Shown piece by piece: positions 38,244 to 48,400 of a stretch of 64,000 nt of DNA. A program made the translations under genes and the position numbers. This stretch comes from an uncultured Victivallales bacterium (GTDB lineage Bacteria; Verrucomicrobiota; Lentisphaeria; Oligosphaerales; JABHEG01): contig CAZSNT010000033.1 of NCBI GenBank assembly GCA_964607765.1, positions 3,955 to 67,954 on the forward strand, in the 5' to 3' direction. The notes below the pieces were generated by a model. It saw only the letters and a list, made by a program, of their open reading frames with translations, did no database searches and was not told the origin of the DNA. Every line of letters begins with the position of its first letter. The first letter of the stretch is position 1.

Positions 38244-40649
38244 GTGAAAACACATCTCATCCTCGTCGCAATCTCGCTGGCTCTGGCCTTCGCCACCAGT
38301 TGCGGCCATTCCGCCGTCAACCGCGCCGGCACAGACGTTCAACCCGCGTTTACGGGCCCCGATATCTCCGTCCGGCTGGACGCGAACCCGGCCCTGGCGC
38401 GCGGCGTGGCCTACCTGTCCACGCATGACGAGTCCAGGAACGGCTTTGTGACGCGGCAGGGCAGCGGCGGCTGGCAGGAACAGAGGATGATGTACTTCGC
38501 CGCTACAGACGAACGCTTCAAGCAGGGGCGGACGCCTCTCGTCAAAGTCCACATCGCCTACTTCGACGAGGGCCGGGGCCTGGTCGTGATCAAGTACGAC
38601 TCGAGCGACAAGCATGTCAACCCCGGCAAGAACGCCGGTGTATGGAAGAGCGAGAAGGCGATCGTGTTGACCGACTCGCAACAGTGGCGCACGGCCGAGA
38701 TCATACTCCGCGACGCCCATTTCGCCAACCGTTGCAACGGCGGCGACTTCCGGCTCGAGGGCGCCCCGGTCATCGTCCGCGTTCTGCGCATCGTGGCCGC
38801 CTCGCCGGAGGACCAGGAGCGTAACCGCGTCGCCCTGCGCAACGCACCGCCCCCGCTCGAGGCCAAGATCCAGCCCTTTGCCCTGAGCATGGCCGAAGTC
38901 CTGGCCAAGCTCCGTCCCTACCGCGGCCCCAGCGAGCCGGGCACTGACACCACCACTCTGACCAACAAGGTGATGTGTGGCTACCAGGGATGGTTCAGCA
39001 CGCCGGGGGACGGCTCCGGTCAAGGCTGGACCCACTACAGCGGCGCGATCGGGTTCAAGCCAGGAAGCTGTTCCATCGACCTCTGGCCCGACGTGTCCGA
39101 ACTCGATCCCGACGAGAAGTACGAGACGTATTTTCGACATCGCGACGGCAGCACGGCGCACGTCTACAGCCCCATGAACCGCAAGAGTGTCGTCCGTCAC
39201 TGCCGCTGGATGGCCGAGGCCGGCATCGACGGCGTCTTCGTGCAGCGCTTCGCAAGCGTTGCCGGAAACGCCAAAGCAGTCTACAAGAACAACACCGTGC
39301 TCATGAACGTGCGCGAAGGCGCCAATCGCCACGGCCGCGCCTACGCACTCATGTACGACCTGTCCGGCGGCCGAGGCGCCGCCGACAGGATCATTGCCGA
39401 CTGGAAGTCGCTCGTGGACGGCATGGGGCTGAGCAAGGACCCCAAGGACCGCGCCTACCAACATCACAACGGCAAGCCCGTGGTCGCACTCTGGGGCCTC
39501 TTCGCCGAGCGCGACTACTGCCTGCCCGTGTACGAACGCCTCCTCGACTTCTTCAAGAACGACCCGAAGTACGGCGGTTGCACCGTCAAGGTCGGCGTCA
39601 ACAACAACTGGCGCGTCGGCAAGAGCGCCAACCACGACCGCGTCCGCCGCATCATCCAGCAGGCGGACATCGTGTCGCCCTGGACGGTCGGCCGTTACGC
39701 CACGCCCGAGGGAGCCGACCGGCACATGCGAACCCACAACGTGCCGGACCAGAAGTGGTGCGACGCCCACGGCAAGGACTACATGCCGGTCATTTTCCCC
39801 GGCTTCAGTTGGCACAACATGCGCCACGGCCAGTCTGCCCTCGGCGCTACACCACGCCTGCAGGGCCGCTTCCTCTGGCGCCAGATCACCGCCGCCAAAG
39901 CCGCCGGCGCACGCATGCTCTACATCGCCATGTTCGACGAGGTCGACGAGGGCACGGCCATGTTCAAGTGCACCAACGACCCGCCCGTCGGCGCCAGCCC
40001 GTTCCTCGACTACGAAGGACTGCCGAGCGACTACTACCTATGGCTGGCAGGCCAAGCCCGGCTCCTGCTCGAGGGCAAACTCGAACCCACACGGCGTCCC
40101 CCTGCGCGTCCCGGCCTGGTCATCGACTACAAGTCCGAAGACGGCACGGGTCTGCCCGAGGGTCTCGACGAGATCTCCGTCGTGCTGCGCAATCCGCAGC
40201 ACTGCCGCGGCCTGCGCCTCAAACCGCACGGCGCCGAATCCCGCAACATCCCCGCTGTCAAGGGCGGTCGTCCCGCCTGGGTCAGCACCCCCAAACGCGG
40301 CCCGGACGAAGGCCGCATGATGTACATCAAAGTCGAGTACGCCGGATTCCGCAACGGCCGAACCCCGCATGTCCGGCTCACCATCGACTACTTCGACAGC
40401 GGCGAGGGCGAGGTCCGCGTCGTCTACGACTCCAGCGACAAGACCTGGGGCACCGTCCCCAGCCGTCCCGGCGCCTGGAAAGAAGCCGGCCGCTTCATCC
40501 TGGGTGCCTCCAACACCTGGAAGACCGCCACCTTCGATATCCCCGACGCGCTCTTTGTCGGCCGCTGCAACGGTTGCGACATCCGCCTCGAGTTCCCCGC
40601 CACTGCCGACCTCGCCCTCGGCGCCGTGCGACTAAAGAAGATACCGTGA
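38244..40649 (+). CDS. Exported (lipoprotein-like) protein: accessory module, uncharacterised GH-like catalytic core, second accessory module
   Basis: GTG 38244 lies 6 nt after AAAGGAG (VKTHLILVAISLALAFATSCG). The N-terminal module is at about 38355-38798. The core (KVMCGYQGWF...GIDGVFVQRF...VSPWTVGRY...FPGFSW...AMFDEVDEGT) is paralogous to 24964..26265. The C-terminal module is at about 40173-40646 (...MMYIKVEYAGFRNGRTPHVRLTIDYFDSGEGEVRVVYDSSD...WKTATFDIPDALFVGRCNGCDIRLEF...). Confidence 0.7.
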   Translation: MKTHLILVAISLALAFATSCGHSAVNRAGTDVQPAFTGPDISVRLDANPALARGVAYLSTHDESRNGFVTRQGSGGWQEQRMMYFAATDERFKQGRTPLVKVHIAYFDEGRGLVVIKYDSSDKHVNPGKNAGVWKSEKAIVLTDSQQWRTAEIILRDAHFANRCNGGDFRLEGAPVIVRVLRIVAASPEDQERNRVALRNAPPPLEAKIQPFALSMAEVLAKLRPYRGPSEPGTDTTTLTNKVMCGYQGWFSTPGDGSGQGWTHYSGAIGFKPGSCSIDLWPDVSELDPDEKYETYFRHRDGSTAHVYSPMNRKSVVRHCRWMAEAGIDGVFVQRFASVAGNAKAVYKNNTVLMNVREGANRHGRAYALMYDLSGGRGAADRIIADWKSLVDGMGLSKDPKDRAYQHHNGKPVVALWGLFAERDYCLPVYERLLDFFKNDPKYGGCTVKVGVNNNWRVGKSANHDRVRRIIQQADIVSPWTVGRYATPEGADRHMRTHNVPDQKWCDAHGKDYMPVIFPGFSWHNMRHGQSALGATPRLQGRFLWRQITAAKAAGARMLYIAMFDEVDEGTAMFKCTNDPPVGASPFLDYEGLPSDYYLWLAGQARLLLEGKLEPTRRPPARPGLVIDYKSEDGTGLPEGLDEISVVLRNPQHCRGLRLKPHGAESRNIPAVKGGRPAWVSTPKRGPDEGRMMYIKVEYAGFRNGRTPHVRLTIDYFDSGEGEVRVVYDSSDKTWGTVPSRPGAWKEAGRFILGASNTWKTATFDIPDALFVGRCNGCDIRLEFPATADLALGAVRLKKIP

Positions 40650-40680
40650 TGACATCGACGGGCGGAAGAGAGAACACGTG

Positions 40681-40691
40681 GTCCGGAAAAC
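40681..40691 (-). repeat. Solitary exact copy of the abundant motif (GTCCGGAAAAC on the + strand)
   Basis: It lies in an intergenic region, 29 nt upstream of the operator-like palindrome at 40720. Confidence 0.8.
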
Positions 40692-40719
40692 GACATGCGG
40701 CTTGTCACACGTCTCCTTC

Positions 40720-40733
40720 CGTAAACGTTTACG
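40720..40733. promoter_or_regulatory. Perfect 14-bp palindrome CGTAAACGTTTACG, LacI-family operator-like (O1)
   Basis: It is self-complementary with a central CG and AAACG/CGTTT half-sites, the architecture known for LacI/GalR/PurR/CcpA-type operators. It ends 7 nt before the -35 box. A LacI-family gene lies downstream in the same gene string. Confidence 0.6.
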
Positions 40734-40740
40734 TCTGCGA

Positions 40741-40769
40741 TTGATTGCTTCGGAAATGCCGCGTATAAT
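40741..40769 (+). promoter_or_regulatory. Sigma-70-like promoter TTGATT-N17-TATAAT
   Basis: The -35 TTGATT is at 40741-40746, the spacer is 17 nt, and the -10 is a perfect TATAAT at 40764-40769. It lies 60 bp upstream of ATG 40829. Applying the E. coli consensus to this phylum is an assumption. Confidence 0.55.
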
Positions 40770-40779
40770 TGACGTGAGT

Positions 40780-40793
40780 CGTAAAGGTTTGCG
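40780..40793. promoter_or_regulatory. Second operator-like site CGTAAAGGTTTGCG (O2, 12/14 identical to O1)
   Basis: It starts 11 nt downstream of the -10 box. Both sites are followed by TCTG, giving an 18-nt direct repeat CGTAAASGTTTRCGTCTG, centre to centre 60 bp. Confidence 0.5.
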
Positions 40794-40828
40794 TCTGGAT
40801 GCATGACAGGGCGGCAAGAGAACCAGCA

Positions 40829-43711
40829 ATGACCAAATTGATCAGCACCTTCGCCTTGATCCTCACCGTGTCGGCCGCGTTCGCCGACAAGCCCAATCTG
40901 GTGCTCTTCTACGCCGATGACTTGGGTTGGGGCGATCTGAGCGTGTACAACAAGGAACCCGGTTACTTCCGACACACGCCGAACATCGACCGGATCTTCG
41001 AGCACGGTGTTCGGCTCGAGAACTACATGACGCACTGCGTTTGCTCGCCCTCGCGCGCCGGATTGCTGACCGGAAAACACTATGCGACGGTGTCGGCCGG
41101 CCCGGCCACGGGCGGCACGCTGCCGAACGACATCCGGAACATAGCGAAGGACTTCCGGGCCGCCGGCTACAGGACCGGCGCGTTCGGCAAGTGGCACAAC
41201 GGCATGCCCAATTTCCCGGCAGACGGCAACGGCCAGGCGTTCGACTACAACAAGGACAGGGTCTGGAATGAGTTGCACCGTCAACACACCTGCGATCTGA
41301 CCAACGGCATCTTCGACAACCACAAGGGCTGGGAGTGGGGCGACGGCGTGAATGCCTACGGGTTCGACCGCTGGGTGGGCTATTACAACGGCGGCGGGGA
41401 CCTCTTCGACCGGTATGTCAACTGGCACCACGACATCGATTGGTGGCATGACCGACGGTACGTCCCGGACGAGAAGGGGTACACCACCGACCTGATCACG
41501 ACGCACGCCGTCGCGTTCATCGAACAGAGCAAGGGCAAGCCCTTCTTCTGCTACATCCCCCACGAAGCCGTGCATGCGCCGCTGCAGGTCAAACTGGCCG
41601 ATCTGAAGGCGCTGTGCAGGCGGTTCCCCGGCGAGTGGGAGTACGTGCGCAACGTCGTCAGCCCCAGAAGCGGGCGCCGAATCGAGGACGCGGAGGAGAT
41701 CCGCTGCGAGGGCGGCGCCGAGTTCGACGCCGGCAAGATCGATCCGGAGAAGAAGCGTTTCCAACCGTTGATCTACGCCACCTACCTCTACTCGCTGGAC
41801 GCGAGCGTGGGCCGCGTGATGCAGAGAATCGAGGAACTGGGTCTCGCGAGCAACACGATCTTCCTCTTCACTGCGGACAACGGTGCCACGTCGGGCGGCT
41901 GCAACCTGCCGTTCCGGGGCAGCAAGCACACGCTCTGGGATGGGGGCGTCCACGTGCCTGCTGCGGTCTGGTGGCCAAGGAACTTCGATGCGAACACCGC
42001 ACCGTATACGCCGGGGAACAACCGATACACCGGGTTCATCGGTTACCTCGATCTGTACCCGACGCTGCTGTCCATGGCCGGCCAGTCCTGCCTGGCGCAG
42101 GGCCTTGACGGGATGGACTGCTGGAAGAACCTGAAGGACAACACCAATCCCCGGCCCGGCATGGAGAACGCCTATCACTGGATGTGGAGTGACCACGGGA
42201 TGATCCGCACGAACGGCTGGAAGTTGTTCTACTCCGAGAGCGCCAAGCGGGTCGAGCTGTACGATCTCGCGGCGGACGTCGGAGAGGAGACAAACGTCGC
42301 TGCCGCCCACCCGGAAGTACGCGACACGCTGATCGGTATGCACAGGAAGTGGCTCGCCGACAATGGGTATGCCGTGTCGTACCTGCCGGTTGACAAGACC
42401 CGTGTCGGAGCGCCAGCCCCGAAGGGCGACGTGTTGGAGATCAGGGCCACGCAGACGCGGGACTTGGGGAACGCGCACAATGAGGGCGTGTACCTGCGTC
42501 TGGCCAAGAGCGATGGCTGGGGTGAGAAGCTCGGCGGCTACGTCGAGTGCGGCGATCAGCTTGAGTACGATATCTACGTCTGCGAAGACAGCGACATCTC
42601 GCAGGGCATCTCCTACTGTGCCGGCGCGGGCTGGAAACCGTTCCTCAACCCGCGGAACGGTCTGAACCAGGACGGCGCGTCCCCGCAGCTGCTCGAGCAC
42701 CGGAAGGGTACCTGGACGCGTCAGGCGGTCGGCATCGGCAATATGTGTCCGCGCGCCATGGTGGTCAGCTACGTCGCCTTGCAGAGCCGGAAGGCCGGGA
42801 CTCACCACTTCTATCTGGACAACGTGGTTGTGCGCCGCAGCGACGGCACGATCCGGAACGTTGTCTGGGCGTCGCGGAACGACTCGGGGCCGCTGATCGT
42901 GCGGCATCGGAACAGGAACTACAACAAGCTCGCGGACGCGCTCGGCGCAAAGGGCTTCCCGTTCAGCGCGATCGACATCACGGCGACTCAGGTCGATGCG
43001 GTCACACAGGCCAAGCCCAAGGAGGCACGACAGCCTGCCGACGAGGGCGCTTCGTGGACGCCGCTGTTCAACGGGAAAGACCTCTCGGGGTGGTCCGTGC
43101 AGTGCCGCCCGAAAGACCGGGACAAGGGCTACTGGCGAGTAGACGCGGGCTCAATCCTGGTCGATTCGGTCGGTCACAGGGACCACAACTACATCTGGCT
43201 GATGAGCGACGGCGAGTACTCCGACTTCCGGCTGAAGCTCAAGTTCCAGATCCACAAGGGCATCAGTGGCAACAGCGGCGTGCAGATCCGCAGTCGCTAC
43301 GACACTGCTGCCGGCTGGCTGGACGGTCCCCAACTGGATATCCATCCCCCGAATCCAATGCGGGCGGGGTTGATCTATGACGAGACCCGGGGCACGAAGC
43401 GCTGGATCTGCCCCTCGCTGGAGAAAGGGAACCACAGGATCCCCGCGGCCAAGACAAACCCGAAAGTGAAGCTTGTCTACGGTGAGGGGACCTGGAACGA
43501 GATGGAGATCGTCGCGCAGGGCACGCACATCACGTGCATCGTCAACGGCGAAGTCGCGTCCGACTACGACGGTGCAGGTGTGCTGGATGATGCGGACCAC
43601 CGGGACCACAACGTCGGGCTGCGGGGACATGTCGCCCTGCAGTTGCATTCGCGAAGCGAGCTGAAGGCTCGTTTCAGGGACATCCGCATCCAGGAGAGGA
43701 CGAGTAAATGA
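40829..43711 (+). CDS. Exported Cys-type sulfatase fused to a central beta-sandwich-like region and a C-terminal DUF1080 (3-keto-disaccharide hydrolase family) domain
   Basis: The preferred start is ATG 40829 ([19 protein letters not shown] signal). The signature is [15 protein letters not shown] and it contains LFTADNGA. The C-terminus [12 protein letters not shown]...[11 protein letters not shown]...[12 protein letters not shown]...GNSGVQIRS...[19 protein letters not shown]...GHVALQLH...FRDIRIQE is the DUF1080 pattern. Confidence 0.85.
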   Translation: MTKLISTFALILTVSAAFADKPNLVLFYADDLGWGDLSVYNKEPGYFRHTPNIDRIFEHGVRLENYMTHCVCSPSRAGLLTGKHYATVSAGPATGGTLPNDIRNIAKDFRAAGYRTGAFGKWHNGMPNFPADGNGQAFDYNKDRVWNELHRQHTCDLTNGIFDNHKGWEWGDGVNAYGFDRWVGYYNGGGDLFDRYVNWHHDIDWWHDRRYVPDEKGYTTDLITTHAVAFIEQSKGKPFFCYIPHEAVHAPLQVKLADLKALCRRFPGEWEYVRNVVSPRSGRRIEDAEEIRCEGGAEFDAGKIDPEKKRFQPLIYATYLYSLDASVGRVMQRIEELGLASNTIFLFTADNGATSGGCNLPFRGSKHTLWDGGVHVPAAVWWPRNFDANTAPYTPGNNRYTGFIGYLDLYPTLLSMAGQSCLAQGLDGMDCWKNLKDNTNPRPGMENAYHWMWSDHGMIRTNGWKLFYSESAKRVELYDLAADVGEETNVAAAHPEVRDTLIGMHRKWLADNGYAVSYLPVDKTRVGAPAPKGDVLEIRATQTRDLGNAHNEGVYLRLAKSDGWGEKLGGYVECGDQLEYDIYVCEDSDISQGISYCAGAGWKPFLNPRNGLNQDGASPQLLEHRKGTWTRQAVGIGNMCPRAMVVSYVALQSRKAGTHHFYLDNVVVRRSDGTIRNVVWASRNDSGPLIVRHRNRNYNKLADALGAKGFPFSAIDITATQVDAVTQAKPKEARQPADEGASWTPLFNGKDLSGWSVQCRPKDRDKGYWRVDAGSILVDSVGHRDHNYIWLMSDGEYSDFRLKLKFQIHKGISGNSGVQIRSRYDTAAGWLDGPQLDIHPPNPMRAGLIYDETRGTKRWICPSLEKGNHRIPAAKTNPKVKLVYGEGTWNEMEIVAQGTHITCIVNGEVASDYDGAGVLDDADHRDHNVGLRGHVALQLHSRSELKARFRDIRIQERTSK

Positions 43712-43868
43712 GAACGCACCCTCACCGGAGCCGGAACGGGTCGGCGGGAGAATGAAGCGTTATGTTATCGCCACAGAAACAGGCTGCATCTTCGAACCCG
43801 GACTACAGCGGAATGGCCTCAGGATAGGGGCGGTGTGGACGCTCTGCACGCGGGACCAATCTCGCTCA

Positions 43869-43900
43869 CCCACGGCACAAGGCCGTGGGGGTCGTTCGCA
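43869..43900 (+). promoter_or_regulatory. GC hairpin (CCCACGGC-acaag-GCCGTGGG) running into the box GGCCGTGGGGGTCGTTCGCA
   Basis: The box at 43881-43900 is near-identical to 45357-45377. It lies 76 bp upstream of the Tat-oxidoreductase ATG. Confidence 0.5.
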
Positions 43901-43975
43901 AACATTCCAGCAACCCAGCAATCCAACAATCCAACTGGGCATGAGACTGCTGTGACTGAGAACAGGAGTACGAGC

Positions 43976-45274
43976 ATGAATACGTCCCGCCGGGAGTTCA
44001 TCCAACGGGCAACCACGTGGGCGGGTGCCGCGGCAGCGCCGGTCATCCTCCCTTCGTCTGCCTGGGGGGCAGCCGGAACCGTGGCGCCAAGCAACCGTCT
44101 GAACATCGGCCTCGTCGGCATGGGCAAGATGATGTGGGGGCACATGAACGGCTTCCTTGGCCGGAAGGATGTGCAGATCATCGCTATCAGCGACGTGGAG
44201 ACAAAGCGCCTGGACAAGTGTGCTGAGAAGATCAACAGTACCTACTCGGAACGCTTCGGCAAGGACTACAAGGGCGTTCAGATTTGCCGAGACTTCCGCG
44301 AGCTTAACGCCCGCCCAGACATCGACGGCGTGGCCATCGCCACCCCGACCAACTGGCACGCCATCCAGTCTATCGATGCCATGAAGAACGGGAAGGACGT
44401 CTACTGCGAGAAGCCGCTGACCTTAACCATTCAGGAAGCGGAGGCCATCAAGCTCGCCGCGCGGCGCTACAACCGAATCTTCCAGACGGGCAGCCAGCAG
44501 CGCTCCGATTTCAAGTTCCGCTTCGCCTGTGAACTCGTGCGCAACGGTGCGATCGGCAAGATCAAGATCGTGCACGTGAACTGTGGCGGCCCCGCCCGCG
44601 ACTGTTACCTGCCCGCGCAGCCCACGCCCGAGACTCTCGACTGGGACCGCTGGCTGGGGCCTGCTGCCATGCGTCCGTACAACGAGAAGCTCTGTCCGCT
44701 GGACGACCACAAAGGCTGGCCGCGATGGCGTGACTACTGGGACTACTGCGGCGGCGGCATGTACGACTTCGGCGCGCATCACTTCGACATCGCACAGTGG
44801 GGGCTCGGCATGGACGGGACAGGCCCCGTCCAGATCATCCCGAAGGAAGCCAGTGAGCACAAGCTCCTGACCTACGTCTACGAGAACGGCGTCCCGATGA
44901 CGCATGGAGGCGCCAAAGGCGGCGGATCGATTCAATTCGTCGGCGAGAAGGGCACCGTGAATGTGGGACGCGGCTTCCTCAAGACGGACCCGGAAGACCT
45001 CATGAAGGTGAAATGGGGCCCGGCAGACACCCGTCTGTACGAAAGCCGCGACCACAAGGGGAACTGGCTCGACGGCATGCGCACGCGCCGTCCCTGCATC
45101 TGCACGGCGGGAGTAGGCTGCAGCACCATCACGGTCTGCAGCTTGGGGAACATCGTCTACCGCCTGAAACGCACACTGAAGTGGGACCCGGCACGGGTGC
45201 AGTTCGTCAACGACCCGGCCGCTGACCGCCTGCTTGGAAGGAGCATGCGGGCACCGTGGACTCTCACTGTTTAG
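43976..45274 (+). CDS. Gfo/Idh/MocA family oxidoreductase with a twin-arginine (Tat) signal
   Basis: ATG 43976 lies 6 nt after ACAGGAG. MNTSRREFIQRATTWAGAAAAPVILPSSAWG has the SRRxFI Tat motif. It contains the Rossmann motif LNIGLVGMGKMMWGH and ...VYCEKPL. Confidence 0.85.
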   Translation: MNTSRREFIQRATTWAGAAAAPVILPSSAWGAAGTVAPSNRLNIGLVGMGKMMWGHMNGFLGRKDVQIIAISDVETKRLDKCAEKINSTYSERFGKDYKGVQICRDFRELNARPDIDGVAIATPTNWHAIQSIDAMKNGKDVYCEKPLTLTIQEAEAIKLAARRYNRIFQTGSQQRSDFKFRFACELVRNGAIGKIKIVHVNCGGPARDCYLPAQPTPETLDWDRWLGPAAMRPYNEKLCPLDDHKGWPRWRDYWDYCGGGMYDFGAHHFDIAQWGLGMDGTGPVQIIPKEASEHKLLTYVYENGVPMTHGGAKGGGSIQFVGEKGTVNVGRGFLKTDPEDLMKVKWGPADTRLYESRDHKGNWLDGMRTRRPCICTAGVGCSTITVCSLGNIVYRLKRTLKWDPARVQFVNDPAADRLLGRSMRAPWTLTV

Positions 45275-45328
45275 ACCAGAATGGTGCCGGGATGAGGCCA
45301 AGAAACTGCTGCACGTGGCCCTGCGACC

Positions 45329-45377
45329 CCACCCACCTTGCGTGGGTGGTGAGCGAGGCCGCGGGGGTCGTTTCGCA
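45329..45377 (+). promoter_or_regulatory. GC hairpin (CCACCCAC-cttgc-GTGGGTGG) followed by the box GGCCGCGGGGGTCGTTTCGCA
   Basis: The hairpin is at 45329-45349 (8-bp stem, 5-nt loop) with no T-tract. The box is at 45357-45377, 55 bp upstream of ATG 45432. Compare 43869-43900. Confidence 0.5.
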
Positions 45378-45431
45378 GCTTACCCTACCCTCATTCATGC
45401 CTGGACCACGCTAGTAACAGGAAGCTCGACA

Positions 45432-48400
45432 ATGAAGAGATACCTGCACATCTATACCGTCCTTCTGTTTGTCTGCGGCGCGGCGAGCGGGGCGCCGGAG
45501 GGACTCAAGCCGCCATCCGAAGCGGACATTGCGAAGATGGAAGCCGCCATGCCGGCCAAGCCGACCGTCAAGCCGACCAAACCGCGCAAGCTCCTCATTT
45601 TCTCGCAGTGCGAAGGGTTCAAACACTCCTCCATCCCGTTCGGGGAGAAGGCGTTCGAGATCATGGGCAGGAAGGCCGGCGCGTTCACTACCGTCGTGGC
45701 GGATGACTGCGCCATCCTGGAATCGCCCGAGTTCGACACATTCGACGCGATCCTGATGAACAACTGCACCATGCGTCTGCCCCTGCTGAACATCGACACA
45801 AAGGGCATGGACGAGGAACAGAAGGCCGCCGCGGACGAGCGTGAGGCCAAGGCGCAGAAGCGCTTCCTGGATTTCATCCGCAACGGCAAGGGCCTTATCG
45901 GTGTCCACGCGGCAACCGACTGCCTCTACAAATGGGAAGAGTACGGCGAGGCCGTGGGCGCCTACTTCTGGGGGCATCCATGGAGCGAAGACGTCGGCGT
46001 GAAGCTCGACGATCCCGGACATCCACTGCTTAAAGCCTTCAACGGCCTGCCATTCATCGTGGGCGATGAGATCTACCAGTTCCGCGAGCCGTATTCACGT
46101 GACACACACCGCGTCCTGCTCAGCATCGACCCGGCAGAGACCAACATGAACAAGGACTCGATCCGGCGCGAAGACGGCGACTTCGGGGTCGCGTGGATCC
46201 GGGAATACGGGAAAGGCCGCGTCTTCTACTTCTCGCTCGGCCACCGGCATGAGATCTTCTGGAACGCGCCACTGATGCAATGCTATCTGGACGGCATCCA
46301 GTACGCGTTCGGGGACCTGAGGGCGGACGCAACACCCAGTGCTCAGCTCAGTCCCGAGTACCTGGCGGAATCGGCTGCCGCAGCGCTGGCCACCGGGCTG
46401 GAGAGTGTCTTTGCCGAACTGAAACGCTACACGCTGGGCGAGGACGAGAGTGTCCCCAAGCAAGTTGCGGCCCTTGTCGTCGAGCATCAGGGAACGGCGG
46501 GACCGGTCCGAAGCCAGGTCGCACGGCTGTTCGCAGCATTGGCCGCGAACACCGAGGCGACGCCCGACTCCCGGGTATTCGCCTGCAGACAGTTGCGCCT
46601 GATCGGCGGCGAAGCGGCCGTGCCGATTCTCGTCGGACTCCTGAAAGATGACGCTCTCCGCCACCCGGCACGCATGGCGCTCGAGGCCATCCCGGGAGCT
46701 GCCGTCGACACCGCGTTGCTCAGAGCACTCCCGAACAGCAACGGCCTGGCCAAAGCCGCCCTGATCGAGTCGCTCGGAGCAAGAGGCGCAACCGCAGCAT
46801 CCTCGGCACTGACCGAGAGCCTGCGCAGTGCAGAGCCCGTGGTTGCGGAGTCCGCAGCCAACGCGCTGGGCCGGATTGGCGGGAAGCAGGCGGCTGACGC
46901 GCTGCTGGCTGTGCGCGCAAGCGTGCCCGATACGCTGAGGCCCGCCGTCGACCGCGCCATCCTCGCGTGTGCGGAGTCCGCGCGTCTGGCGGGCCATGCG
47001 ACAGCCGCGGCGCCATGCTACGCTGCATTGGCGGCGCCCGACGCTGCCCCGCACATCCGCGCCGCAGCCGTGTATGGCCAGGCCATGATGAAAGGCGCGC
47101 CTGCCGCAACCGAAGTGGCCGAGGCGCTGCGGTCCGAACCCCGGGAGATCGCGCAAGCCGGTGCGCGGCTTGTCCGAGCTCTTCCCGGGGAAACGGTCGT
47201 CACACAGACATGCCAGGGCCTCGCCACGCTCTCCCCTGCCACTCAGGCTCTGGCGCTCGATGCTTTGGCTGCCCGCGGTGACCGCCGGGCGCAGGATGCC
47301 GTGCTGGCGCTCATCACGACTGAAAACGCGAGCGTCCAAGCAGCCGCTCTGCGCGCTTTGGAAGCCCTTGGCGATGCCAAGTCAGTAATGCCCGTTGCCG
47401 CTCTGGCCGCCGACGAGGAGGCCGACAAGAAGGTGCGGGAGGCGGCACGTCAGGCGCTCGAGCGCATGAACGGGCCCGGGGTCGACCAGGTCCTGATCGA
47501 CGCCATGGCCGAGGCGGGAACTGCGGCCAAGATCGAGTACGTCAAAGCGCTGGGCACGCGCAAAGCGCGAGCCGCCCTACCCGCGCTCTATGACAGCGTT
47601 CTGGCAGAGGACAGGACGCTCGCGAAGGAGTCCTGCAAAGCGATCGCGGTCTTGTGTGAAACATCCGAGCTGCCGAAGATCGTCGACCTCATCATCGAGA
47701 CGTCGAGCAGCAGCGTCAGGACGCAGCTCGAAAACACACTTGTGAACGTGGCACGACGTACGGATGGTGAGACCGCGAAGGTCGCCGCCGCCCTTGCGGG
47801 TCTTGAGCGGAATCCCCCGAAACCGGCCCGCATCTCTCTGCTCGCGGCCCTCGGTAAGATTGGGGCCGCACCGGCGCTGCCCGTCTTGGAGACGGCTTTG
47901 AAGGACGCTGACGTGGAGATCCAACGGGCGGCTGTGAAGGCGCTGGCGGACAGCTGGCCGACTGCCGACCCCATTCTCTCGTTACGGAAAATCAGCCGCG
48001 AGGCGGAGGATCTGGTTCTCCGCGTGCTGTCGCTGCGTGGGTACGCACGCATGCTGGCGCTGCCCAGCGATCGGCCCATGTCAGAGACTCTCAAACTCTA
48101 CAATGAAGCGTTGGAGCTGGCGAAAGGCGACCAGGAGAAACGCACACTGATCACCGGTTTGGGCGAGCTGGCTCATCCCGATGCCCTCACCGCCGTGAGA
48201 CGGTTCCTGGACGACGAGGCCGTGCAGGAAGAAGCCCTGATGAGCGCGCTCAGTATCATGCAGAACGTCGGCGGCAAAGGCATGACATTCGATGCGTGTG
48301 TGAAACCCAAGACCGGGTCGAACGCAATCGATGGCAACCCGAAGACCCGCTGGACCAGCGGCAAGCGCATGACGGGCGGCGAGTGGTTCCAGGTCACACT

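Noticed and set aside
38975-40744. 589-aa same-strand ORF in an alternative frame of the 38244..40649 gene
   Set aside because: The product is extremely Arg/Pro-rich low-complexity sequence. The overlapping frame encodes well-conserved paralogous domains.
45329-45349. GC hairpin after the Tat-oxidoreductase gene as a rho-independent terminator
   Set aside because: No T-tract follows it (the next bases are TGAGCGAGG). A similar hairpin precedes the oxidoreductase gene itself, so it is reported as a shared upstream element instead.
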